DNA of 64,000 nucleotides from Cenococcum geophilum (Eukaryota), in the NCBI GenBank assembly GCA_050273025.1, contig CP158636.1, positions 1,736,001 through 1,800,000 of the forward strand, read 5' to 3'. This document shows positions 1 to 11,800 of this stretch, one piece after another (within the stretch, counting starts at the first letter, position 1; each line of letters starts with the position of its first letter). The notes beneath the pieces are model-generated. The model worked only from the letters and a program-made list of their open reading frames with translations, did not search any database and was not told the DNA's origin. Both the position numbers and the translations under genes were made by a program.

Positions 1-3000
1 TAAGGAACTAGAGATTCTATAGGAATATACGGACTTAGAGGATATTTCTAGTAAAGAGGCTGCACAAACCTTACCTAACCCTATATTAGTTAAACACGAG
101 ATAGATATAGGGGATAAATAACCTCCTTTTAGACTACTATATAACCTATTAAAAAATAAGCTGGCGGTACTACGTTAATATATAGTAGACAATCTTTAGA
201 GAGGATAGATTCGGCCCTCTATAAGCCTAGTAGGGGTACCGATTATATTTATACCTAAGAAGGACGGGACCCTTTACCTTTATATTAACTATTAGGCGCT
301 AAATAAGATTACTATAAAGAATTGCTACCTATTACCCTTAATAGGGGAGCTTATTAATAGGCTATCGGGCGCAAAGATATTTATAAAATTGGATCTAAAA
401 GATGTATACTATTAAATCCGGATTAAAGCCGGCGATAAGTAGAAAACGGCGTTCTAAATATAGTACGGCCACTTTAAGTACCTAGTGATACTATTTAGGC
501 TCACTAACGCACTAGTGATATTTCAGGCCTATATTAATAAGGTATTATTAGGCCTATTAGACATAATGTATATAGTCTACCTTAATAATATTATAGTCTA
601 CTCTAATAACTATAAAGCATATACGCACCACGTATAAATAGTACTAGAAAGACTACGGGAATATAAGCTCTATATAAACCTAAAAAAGTGCACGTTCTAT
701 ACTACTAGTATTAATTTTTTAGGCTTTATTATTAGCGTTAATAGAGTGTTAATAGAGAAAAGTCGGGTGGACACTATTAGGGAATAGCCCTACCCTATAA
801 TATTTAGAGAAGTACAGGTTTTCTTAGGCACGGCGAACTTCTACTAAACGTTTATTATTTACTACTTATAAGTAATACTCCCAATTACCGATTTACTAAA
901 AGGATCTAAGAATAGTAAGAAGTTAGGACCCTTTATATTTAGGGAAGCTACTAAGTAGGCTATAGACCGGTTAAAGGATTTGTTTACGTTAGCGCCTATT
1001 CTAATACACTTTTACTAGAAGCTACGTATATACCTTAAAATAGATATATCCGGCTTTGCCCTAGGGGCAATTATATCTTAATTAAAAGACGGAAAATGGC
1101 ATCCTATAGCGTTTTGGTTAAGGAAAATGACCCCTATAGAATAGCGTTATATAACGCACGACTAGGAGTTACTCGCGATAGTTATAGTAATAAAGCACTA
1201 GCGATATTATTATATAGGAAGTAATTACCCTATTAAAGTCCTTATAGACTATAATAACTTAAAATACTTTATAACTATAAAGGTGTTAAGTGGTTAATAA
1301 GCTAGATAGGCAAAGGCATTATTGTAGTACGATTTTAAGATTATATACCGCTTAGAAAAGATAAATCCTACTAATAGGTTATTAAGACGTTCGGATTATA
1401 AGACAAGGAAAATCTAGGACAGTATAGGGGAAATAATCCCTATATTATAAAATTTGCTTAGGAAGAAAGAAGACTCTTTCCCTAGAATTATAGAATTTTG
1501 CGATAGGGCAAAGGTCCTAGCGATACAGCTATAAAATAATATAATTATAAAGCTATAGGATATAGTTATAGACTAGGTTATAGACTAAGCAGATATTATA
1601 AAGTTAGCGTATCCTAGAATTAGCGAGAATTCTATAGGATATGCTAGAGGTATCGCGGCACCTTTAACTTAATGGCGTATTAGCTATAAGTTTTCGGATC
1701 TAAGGGGAATAGGCGAGATGCCTATCCGTAGCGTGGTATACTATATAACGGTAGAAGAATCCGCTAGCACTAATGGTTTAAAACGTCTCGTACTATACCT
1801 TCGGTCTATAATGGCGGCAGGTAAAATAAAAGTAAGTAATTTGTATAAAACCTTTCCGGATCTTCTTCTTTAAGCTTAATAAAGGGACGCCTTCGCCTCT
1901 AGGGAGAGGTAGAAAGATATAGTAGAAACCAACTTAGCTAGAGTTACTAAGAAGCTCTAGTAGTAAGACTAAAAGGGTCTGTTACGCTTTAAAGGTGCTA
2001 TATATATCCTAAAGGACTAAGCAATTTAAGACAAAATTCTAAAGGTCTTTTATAATAACCCTCTTAGGGGTTACTACGGTGCTAATAGAACCCTTAAGGC
2101 TGTTTAAAGGAAATACTTTTAGGATAGAATATCTGAAGAGGTTAAGGACTATATATTAAGATATAATACGTGCTAAAGGATATAGATATCTAGGCATCGC
2201 CTATATAGTAAGTTATTAGTGCTTCCTATTCCGCAGGGACCTATATTAGAATTAATAATAAATTTTATTATAGGCTTACCCCCTACTAAGATAAGAACTA
2301 GAGAGGTTGCTAACGCTATTCTAGTAATCGTTAATAGGTATATAAAGTTGTTAGGATACTTTGCTATTATAATAACGATTATAGTAGCAGAACTGGCAGA
2401 CCTGTTTTTAAAACGGTAGCTCTTATTTAGCATACTAAGGGGAATTATATCTAATAGAGGTACCATATTTAATAGTGCATTTTAGTCTTTATTCTGTCTC
2501 TTATTAAAAATATGGTAAAGGATAAGTACTACCTTCTACCTATAAATAGACGGGCTAACAGAGCGTCTAAATGCGTTATTGGAATACTACCTCCGCTACT
2601 ATATTAATTATTAATAGGATAATTGGACATTGTGGTTAGCTCTAGCGCAACATATATATAATATAAGTATCTATAGTAGTATAAAAATGACCCCTTATAA
2701 AGCATTATTTGGGGTAAAAGCAAATAACCCCTAAAACGTTAAGGATATCGTTCCTAAAAAAGAGGTACTGGCGGCGTCCGAAAGAATTAAGCAAATAAGA
2801 ATTCGCAAAAAGGAACTTAAAAAGCACTTACTAAATGCCTAGGCCGTGCAAAAAAGGTACTATAACAAAAAATATATACTGGAAGAGTTTGAGATAGGAG
2901 ACGAAGTCTTACTATCTATAAAAAATATCTAAATAAAACGCATTAAGAAGAAGCTAAATTACTAATAGCTCGGACCCTTTAAGATAGTTAAGAAAACCAA

Positions 3001-3295
3001 AGGAAACTAAGCCTATAAATTAGAATTACTAAAATCTTATCCAATACATCCTATATTTCATATTTCCTTACTAAAGCTATATTGGAGAAGAGATAGTGCA
3101 GAACCGCCCCTACCTAGTGAAATTAATAGGGAACTAGAATGGAATATAGAAGACATTTTAGACTAAAGATGGCGCTAGAAGAAGCGCGAATTTTTAGTTT
3201 ATTAGGAAGGATACTTTTAGGCGTATAACAGTTAGGAACCTAAGAAGTACCTTTAGCTAAAATATAACACCGTAATTAAAACCTTCCTAAGAACT
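1..3295 (+). pseudogene. pol: Gypsy pol: RT, RNase H, integrase, chromodomain
   Basis: After RIP reversal: [32 protein letters not shown] (~250-345), VYLDDIIVYS (~575-600), WHPIAFWSRKM (~1095-1130), integrase core with GPF/HPxFHISLL (~2250-3080), chromodomain EWxVEDILD..FLVHWEGY..NSWEP (~3135-3250). Confidence 0.95.
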
Positions 3296-3484
3296 AAAGG
3301 TAAAGATTTAGAAATAGTTCCGGATATACCACAGATAAAGCAATAGGGAAGACCCTATAAATTAAAACTATAAAATTAAGCACAGGTATTAAGAACGGAA
3401 ACGTTTTATTATTATAATAGGGACATCGGGAAAATATTCGCAGGATGAGATTCAAGTAGACTTTGGTTTTCGCGTTTCGCGTAA

Positions 3485-3725
3485 TTGACATGCAATTTGA
3501 CCAACTCGACACGCAATTGACCAACTTGACACGCAATTGACCAATTTGACACATCTAAAAGTCAAATAACACGCAGTTGACCTATTTAACAACTTTAAAA
3601 GCTAACTATATATTCCTTGACACGCAGTTGACCTACTTAATAGCTAACTATATATTCCTTAACACGCAGTTAACCTATTTAACAACTTTAAAAGCTAACT
3701 GTATATTCCTTGACATGCAATTAAG
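3485..3725. repeat. Subterminal repeats TTGACACGCA(A/G)TTGACC of the TIR element
   Basis: About 20-bp unit repeated several times, then longer degenerate units. Related motifs lie inverted at ~5860-5990. Confidence 0.8.
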
Positions 3726-3777
3726 GTAAAGTTATATACTAATTACGCAAATAAATTTTTACACAGTTTTATTACTT

Positions 3778-4624
3778 AGAGGCTCTGCATAAGGCTCTAC
3801 ACGAAGCTCTACACGAAGCTCTACACGAAGCTCTACACGAAGCTCTACACGAAGCTCTACGTACAGAGGCTCTGCACGAAGCTCTGCACGAAGCTCTGCA
3901 CGAAGCTCTGCACGAAGCTCTGCACGAAGCTCTGCACGAAGCTCTGCACGAAGCTCTGCACGAAGCTCTGCACGAAGCTCTGCACGAAGCTCTGCACGAA
4001 GCTCTACGTAGAGGCTCTGCACGAGGCTCTGCGCGAGGCTCTGCGCGAGGCTCTGCGTACGGAGGCTCTGCACGAAGCTCTGCACGAAGCTCTACGTACA
4101 GAGGCTCTGCACGAGGCTCTGCGCGAGGCTCTGCGTACGGAGGCTCTGCACGAAGCTCTGCACGAAGCTCTGCACGAAGCTCTGCACGAAGCTCTGCACG
4201 AAGCTCTGCACGAAGCTCTGCACGAAGCTCTGCACGAAGCTCTGCACGAAGCTCTGCACGAAGCTCTGCACGAAGCTCTACGTAGAGGCTCTGCACGAGG
4301 CTCTGCGCGAGGCTCTGCGCGAGGCTCTGCGTACGGAGGCTCTGCACGAAGCTCTGCACGAAGCTCTACGTACAGAGGCTCTGCACGAGGCTCTGCGCGA
4401 GGCTCTGCGTACGGAGGCTCTGCACGAAGCTCTGCACGAAGCTCTGCACGAAGCTCTGCACGAGGCTCTGCGCGAAGCTCTGCGTACGGAGGCTCTACAC
4501 GAAGCTCTGCACGAGGCTCTGCGCGAAGCTCTACACGAAGCTCTATACGAAGCTCTACGTACAGAGGCTCTGCACAAGGCTCTGCGCGAAGCTCTGCGTA
4601 CGGAGGCTCTACACGAAGCTCTGC
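3778..4624. repeat. 12-bp minisatellite (GAAGCTCTGCAC)n, copy 1
   Basis: Direct reading; punctuated by GTAC(A/G)GAG variant units; contains a 274-bp higher-order duplication. Confidence 0.97.
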
Positions 4625-4754
4625 ATCGGGTCCCCGCTATATTCCCGATAGCGTCTACACGTGTCTCTGCCTATGTAGCCGCCTTATTTTTTACCCTTCC
4701 TTCCTTCCTTACATCCTCCCTACCTAGGGAGGCACTAGAACGGCAGCCAGCAGA

Positions 4755-5320
4755 GGACCGTTGCTAGAACTAGATGACTATCGCTAGAACCAGACGACCG
4801 TTACCAGAACCAGACGACCGTTACCAGAACCAGACGACCGTCGCCAGAACCAGACGACCGTCGCCAGAACCAGACGACCGTTACCAGAACCAGACGACCG
4901 TTACCAGAACCAGACGACCGTCGCCAGAGCCAGACGACCGTCGCCAGAACCAGACGACCGTCGTTAGAGCCAGACGACTATCGCCAGAGCCAGACAACTG
5001 TCGCTAGAATCAGACGACCGTCGCCAGAACCAGACGACCGTTACCAGAACCAGACGACCGTCGCTAGAGCCAGACGACTGTCGCTAGAGCCAGACGACCG
5101 TTGCCAGAACCAGACGACCGTCTCCAGAGTTAGACGACTGTCGCCAAAACCAGACGACCGTCGCTAGAGCCAGACGACCGTCGCCAGAACCAGATGACCG
5201 TCGCTAGAACCAGACGACCGTCGCCAGAACTAGACGACCGTTACCAGAGCCAGACGACCGTTACCAGAACCAGACGACCGTCGCCAGAACTAGACGACTG
5301 TCGCCAGAGCCAGACGACAA
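4755..5320. repeat. 18-bp minisatellite (GACGACCGTCGCCAGAACCA-type), copy 1
   Basis: Direct reading of the tandem units. Confidence 0.9.
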
Positions 5321-5377
5321 CGACTAGCCAGCGAACACTATAAATGATTCGATCGATTGATCGAATTAAGGTAGCAC

Positions 5378-5702
5378 AGACAGGTAGGCATAAACAGGTA
5401 GATGCTGACGGGTAGGTAGATGTAGACAGGTAGGTAGATGCAGACAGGTAAGTAGATATAGATAGGCAGGCAGATGCAGATAGGTAAGTAGATGCAGATA
5501 GGCAGGCAGATGCAGATAGGTAGGTAGATGCAGACAGGTAGGTAGATGCTGACGGGTAGGCAGATATAGACAGGTAGGCAGATGCAAATAGGTAGGCGAT
5601 GTAGATAGGTAGGCAATGCAGACAGGTAGGCAATGTAGACAGGTAGGCGATGCAGGCAGGTAGGTAGATAGGCAGGTAGGTAAGTCAATAGGTAGATAGG
5701 TA
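5378..5702. repeat. Purine-rich 18-bp repeat (GCAGACAGGTAGGTAGAT)n decaying into (AGGT/AGGC)n
   Basis: Direct reading. Confidence 0.9.
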
Positions 5703-6399
5703 GAAGAGAACCATCGCTATATTATATTAAATTATCTAAAATAATAATATTTATTTTGCTAGCCTTATAAATAGCTTTAAAATAGCTTTTATTTATTTAA
5801 AATATGCTATTAGTATAAAAGAGGTAAATATAATTATGGTTGCCAAATGCGTAGATTGCTGGCAGGTTGCGCGCAGGTTGCGCGCAGGTTGCGCGCAGGC
5901 TGCGCGCAGGCTGCGTGTCAAAAAAACACGACATAGGCTAGTCGGTCGAGTTGCCAAATGACCTCAACTGCGCGCCAATTGCGTCAACCACCAGCCATTG
6001 AGGCCATTAAAAGGGTACCATATTTTGCCGATGGATCCTAAAATCCTATAAGGGGAAGCCTATAAGATCTATAGGAGAACTACTAGGGATACTATCTAAA
6101 GAAGACGCTGTTTAAAAATAAGCAGTAGCAATATAAAAAAAGGCCTTAGGGATTTAGAAGGACCCCCTAAGGATAAAAGGAGAGTATCTGGTCTGGCACT
6201 AGAGATATATAGTAAAGTTAATGGTATAAAGAGGAGTAAAAGAATAGCCTATAAAGAATTAGAAATTTTAAGGAATTATAAGGCACCTATAGGAATATTA
6301 CCCATTTATTATATATGGGGATTATAATAGTGCACTGCGTTTATATAGATTATTACTAAAGCTTAGAATAAAGGCATTCCTAAAGTATAAAGTTAATTC

Positions 6400-7200
6400 C
6401 TAATAATAGGGCACCCTAGAGGTATCTAAGAGGCACTATATAAAGCTATTTTATAAGAAGAAGGAAAGAGCTAGGTAATAACTTAAATACTAGCAGTAAT
6501 AATAGGAGCCTCTTCTTCTATCTTAACGTCATTATTAACGGTATTATTAGCTCCTCTATCCCTAGAATTATTAGTACTTTTACTAACATTCTTTTTAGAA
6601 TAACGGGTACTAGAAGGACTAGCATAGGTAGGAGACTGGCGAGAAGAATATTTATCTTAACCTTCGTCGCTATTTTTAGTATCCCTAGGTTCTAAATCGG
6701 CGTCCAAGTAGGGATTAGAGAGACGTTAGCTAAAGGAGTTAGTATAGTTCCTAAGTAAGTTATTAAAGAAACTTACCTAGCTAGAGTAGCCTATATAAGA
6801 GTACGAATATTATTATTAATAAGGATAAGCTGTTTGTATATACACTCCTAGACACTATATATCCGAGAACGTTACGTCTCTATAGTAGTAGAAACCCTTA
6901 TTAAATTAAAGAGTCTGCGAGTGAGGGAAGACACCTTTTGTCCCCGCCTGTCACTATTAGGATATTAGTAGAAATCTTAAATGGCGCGTTAGAGCCTATA
7001 AGTCTTATATATATAGATAGCGGGGATCTAGTATAATTAGCGAAATCTAAAATAGGACGGAATAGGAAATACTAGGACGTAGGTCTTTCTCCTACTATAA
7101 TAATAGGAGTACTTAGATTTGTTTTCGCTAAAGTAAGGCATCTTATAAATATAGGAAGGATCCTATATAAGAGTATAAACGTAATAATAATAGCATTTTA
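6400..7200 (-). pseudogene. Antisense ORF of the outer Gypsy: RIPped Cys6 zinc-cluster-like exon, 45-bp intron, downstream exon; 5' part continues beyond 33923
   Basis: Minus frame from 7198 reads KCYYYYVYTLI*DPSYIYKMPYFSENKSKYSYYYSRRKTYVL, which gives C-x2-C-x12-C-x11-C-x2-C-x6-C if TAY is RIPped TGY. It is followed by GTATTT..GCTAAT..TAG (7072-7028). Only one Cys codon is intact and the 3' end is uncertain. Confidence 0.5.
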
Positions 7201-8265
7201 TGTTACGGACGCTTTAAGTACAATGTTATAACTACTAGGAGAGGAGTCGGAAGAAGCTAGTTAGTTAATTTAGGCATAGTCTAAAATGGAGCCAATAGAA
7301 CTATATAATAAGGAATAGTAGCTAAGGTTATATAATGCGATCTATATAATCTATAGGATCTGCGTAATCCGCAATAGAGTAAATAGAGCACATGTATATT
7401 ATATATAAAGAGGATTTTATAGGAGTACGGTTATGTATTTAAGGACCCTTAGTCCCTACCTAGATGGTTTCTTCCTTATAGTAATTCTCAGAATATAATT
7501 AGAGTTAATCTATTAGGCAACTACTCTACCAGTTATTATTACGTTATTAACTTTAACTTGCTTTACCTATATACCTAGCCTATTAATAAGCCTACCGTAG
7601 TTCCTGCTATAAGGTTCCGTTATATAATTACTACCTAATTACGGTATTAAGTATAGAAAGTTAATTAATATGCTACTAAAAACAGCCACTATAGCGCTAT
7701 TAACGGCGGCAACTACCTTAAGGTTAGGAGGAGATATGTAACGGAACCTTGTAGCAAGAACTACGATAGGCTCGTTAATAGGCTAGGTGTGTAGGTGATG
7801 TAATAAAGTCAACAATGTAATAATAACTGGTGGAGTGGTTGCCTAATAGATTAACTCTAATTGTATTCTAAGAATTACTATAAGGAAGGAACTATCTAAG
7901 TAGGGACTAAGGGTCCTTAAATACACAACTGTACTCCTATAAAATCCTTCTTATACGTAATATACGTCTTATATATAAGGTACGTAAGTTTCTCTTATTC
8001 CTCTTGTTTAATATATAGCACGTTATATAACCCTAGTCACTATTCCTTATTATATAGTTCTACCGGCTCTATTTTAGACCATGCCTAAATTAACCAACTA
8101 GCTTCTTTTAACTCTTCTTCTAGTAGTCGTAATATTATACTTAAAGCGTCCGTAACACTATCTACCTCCTCTTTATCTTTATCCTTAAAGATTTAAAATA
8201 TCTCTAAGTTATTTACTAGAGGTATAATATCCGTCTAATTAATTTAGTTAATATTATTGCTTATT

Positions 8266-8840
8266 ATACCTAAAGCAATTTCTTCTTTATACGCCTAACG
8301 TCGTGCTCGCACTATTGCTGCAATATTATCTCTTAGTAAGATTATACCGTCTCTATATTCTCGCTGTTTAAAAGAGGGGTTAGTTTATGTTATATTGGCG
8401 AACCTATCTTTACAACAACCGTTTTCTTACTTAAAGTGTACTAAAGCGAATATTTATTTATCCTGTAATGTTCGCTCTACCTCTAATGCTAAATATACGC
8501 GACCTATTACTCTTAATAGTTGTTTAGTTTCTTAACTTATCTATCTTAGGGTCTTATATTTAATCTACTGCTACGCGGCTAGATAGTGAACTGTCTTAAG
8601 CTCTTACTAAGTTAAAATGTTCTTAGGATGCGGAATAGAAGGCCCTGGATACTTATATTGCAGTATTTACTTACCTACTTCGTTTTAAGAAGGTTTGTAA
8701 GAAGGTTTATTCTAAGGAGTAGAAACTTATAGAATAGGGTTTATAGGAACTTGGCAATAAAAGAACGGATTTTCTTTTAATAGAGAAGGAAATAAATCCG
8801 AGTAGTTCGGTAACTGCTCCTCTTAAGTCCCTCTTAGGTA
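8266..8840 (+). pseudogene. Antisense ORF of Gypsy-B copy 2: Zn2Cys6-like exon, inferred 55-bp intron (8495-8549), helical second exon
   Basis: Frame reads IPKAISSLYA*RRARTIAAILSLSKIIPSLYSRCLKEGLVYVILANLSLQQPFSYLKCTKANIYLSCNVRS. This is C-x2-C-x6-C-x13-C-x2-C-x8-C, with three intact TGT codons and three TAY codons. Confidence 0.7.
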
Positions 8841-8859
8841 ACTTGTTCTTTAGCGATCC

Positions 8860-11800
8860 TTCTTTATCTATACTACTTAACCTAATCTCCTCTAATACTC
8901 CTGTACCTTTCTTATAGCGTTCTTTAAATTTTTTAGTGGTTCCTAGGTAGCCTTAGTATAGCCTATCTACTTAACCTTATACTATGTTTTGTTGTTAATG
9001 TCCTTATAACTAATAATTTTTAAAACTTACTATTTATCTTCTTTTTATCCTCTATATATGTCTGCTTTGTAGACTAGTAGCTTAATATTTCCATATGCTG
9101 GCTCTAGTATTACGATGTGCTATATAGGGTAGATCTTTATTTTGGCTAGTAGGTCTAACTTAAACGTAACTAGTGAAATCCTTTGCTTAATTTTAAAAGG
9201 TCCTAGTCTGACGTAGTCTAACTTCTTACTTGGTTATTAACTCTTAAACATTTTATATAGTAGCTATACTTTATCTCCCTCCTTAAGATCTAGTCCCTTA
9301 GATCTCTTAGCATTATAGTACCTTTTTATTCTCTTTTTTACTTTCTTTACTAATTCTATAAGGTTTATATAAAGATTTATTAACGTCTTTATCCTTTCTT
9401 TAGCTGTGCTATTTATTTTCTTTGCTTATCTTGGTAATAATAATGTTCTTAGCTTATATCTATAATTTGCCTTAAATAGTAATATGCCTATTCCTTCTTA
9501 AGGTGTTGCATTATATGCAAACTGTATAACTGGTAATAACGATACCCAATTATTCTATGTATAATTGACATAATGCCTTAGATACTACTTTAGTGTCTAA
9601 TTTAGTTTTTCTGTTTAACTGTCTGTCTGCGGATAATATGCGGTAAAAGTTACTGCTCTAACTCCTTGCTCCGCTAAGAATACCTTTTAAAATACTGCTA
9701 CAAATCTTAGATCTCTATTTAATATAATCTTACTTAGTACTCTATACCTTACAAACACTTCTTTAATATAGATTTTAGTAATATCTTCTACTAATATTTC
9801 TTCTATACATGCTATAAAGTATCCCTACTTTATAAGCTTGTCTACTATTACTAAGATTATATTATAATCTTGTCCGGTAATAGGATCTTTTAACTTTAGT
9901 AACTTAATAATAAAGTCCTATAATATAACCTCCTATAGTCTCTTTGGTATTTTAATAGGTTGTAGCCCTCCATATAGCTTATGCCTTATTAGTTTATTCC
10001 TTTAGCAATCTAGACACTCTTTTATAACCTTCTTAGCTATTTTTTAGATTCCGTTAATAATATACTCCTTTTAGAGTCTTGATACTAAGCCTATAGCTCC
10101 GTTATATCCTTAAGTCATTCCCTTATGGAAGTCTTCTATAAATTGCTCTGCTATACTTCTTAGGATATACTTTGCTTCTTAATTCTCGTATATATCCGTT
10201 TATAGATCCTCTAGCTATGCCTCTAGAATTCTTTATGCCTAAAAGCTCTCTAGTAACTTATAAACTTTTTCTAGTTCTTCCTACGTTACTATAATTTTTA
10301 GATAATTGTACCTAATTAATCCGTCTATATCTTTTCGCAGTAAAGCCCCTAATAGCTTTTTATTGTTTTATAGTTTAGCTTTTTAACTTAGAGTATCTAC
10401 TTACGTATTGTCTGTACCTTTGGTATACTAAATCTTAAAATAGTATTCTGTAAGCATCTCTACCTATCTAACCTGTCTTTAGTTAAGTTCCTTTATTATT
10501 AGGAATTCTATTAGGTTTTTATAATCTGTCTTAACTATAAATAGTTTCTTTATACCTTATAAGAATGCTCTCTATTTCTTTAATACTGTAACTATATCTA
10601 ATAACTCCTTATTATAGATATTATAGTTTAACTCTAGTAGTATTATCTTCCAACTATAGTATGCTACTAGGTGCCATCTATCTTAATATTTCTATATAAA
10701 GTATACCCCTAGTATATAGTCTAATATATCCGTTTTTATAACCGTCTCTAATCCTAGTTAATAGATCTTAAGAACTGGCTCCTAGGTAAATAACTCTTTA
10801 ACTTTCTTAAAGAGTTCTCTCTATTTCTCTCCCTATGCCTATAGTTCTTCTTTCTTTGTTAATCGCATAAATAGTTTAATATCCTTTAACTACTGCGCTA
10901 TAAACCTTCTATAGTAATTGCAAAACCCTAGGAACAATCTTAACTGCATAACGTTTTCTAGTTCTTACTAATTTACTATGGCCTCGATCTTCTTTAGATC
11001 TATACTAAGTTAGCCTAGTTTAATAATAAATCTAATAAAATCGGTCTTCCTAGTAAAGAACTCGCATTTCTTAATTACTACTAGTATTTGTTCCTCTTAT
11101 AGTCTCTTTAAAACCCATTTAATGTATTCTCTATGTTCTTCCTTAGTTATTAAGTAGATGATAATATTATTAAGATATACTATAACAAATTCATCTAAGT
11201 ATTCTCCTAATATATTGTTAATACGCTTTTAGAACGTTGCTAGTGCGTTTATAAGCCTAAATTGCATAACTAATGGTTTATATAGTCCTTCCTTTAACCT
11301 AAAGGCTGCCTTTTATTTGTTGCCTTCCTTAATCCTAATCTAATGGTACGCCTATCTTAGATCTATCTTTATAAAGATTTATATATTGCCTATCCTGTCT
11401 TAGATTTCGCTAATTAAGGGTAAAGAATACCTATCCTTTTTAGTGATGCTGTTTAACTGTCTGTAGTTAATACACAGCCTTAGCTTGCCATTTTTCTTTA
11501 GTATAAATAGTACTAGATATCCCGCTAATAACTGCGATAGTCTAATATATCCCTTTTATAGATTTTCCTGAATAAACTCTTTTAGTACTCTACCTTCTTC
11601 TTTAGTAAGCTTATAGATTGGAAAGAACCTTAAACTTATTTCTAGTTCTAATTCTATTTTATAGTCCCATACTATATACTCTAATAGCTTTTTACTTTCT
11701 AATAACTATAGTTTCTTGCCATACTTATGGTATTTCTTTAGTACGTAACTTAAGCCTCGCTTAGTCTCTTTATATATTGCTCTAACCTAGTACTATACTA

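Larger units (their letters stand above)
3420..6038. mobile_element. Non-autonomous TIR DNA transposon, superfamily unassigned, carrying a minisatellite cassette
   Basis: Imperfect TIRs: GGGACATCGGGAAAATAT on the left, and the right end reverse-complements to GGATCCATCGGCAAAATAT. TA flanks both ends (3418-19, 6039-40). Both ends share subterminal motifs (ACGCAATTG, CAACTCGAC, TTGACACGCAG). No transposase. Confidence 0.75.

Noticed and set aside
3759..5688. Track ORFs such as (ELRA)n, (SCRA)n, (PEPDDR)n and (YLSAST)n
   Set aside because: They are translations of 12- and 18-bp minisatellites that lack stops in several frames on both strands; there is no unique coding sequence.
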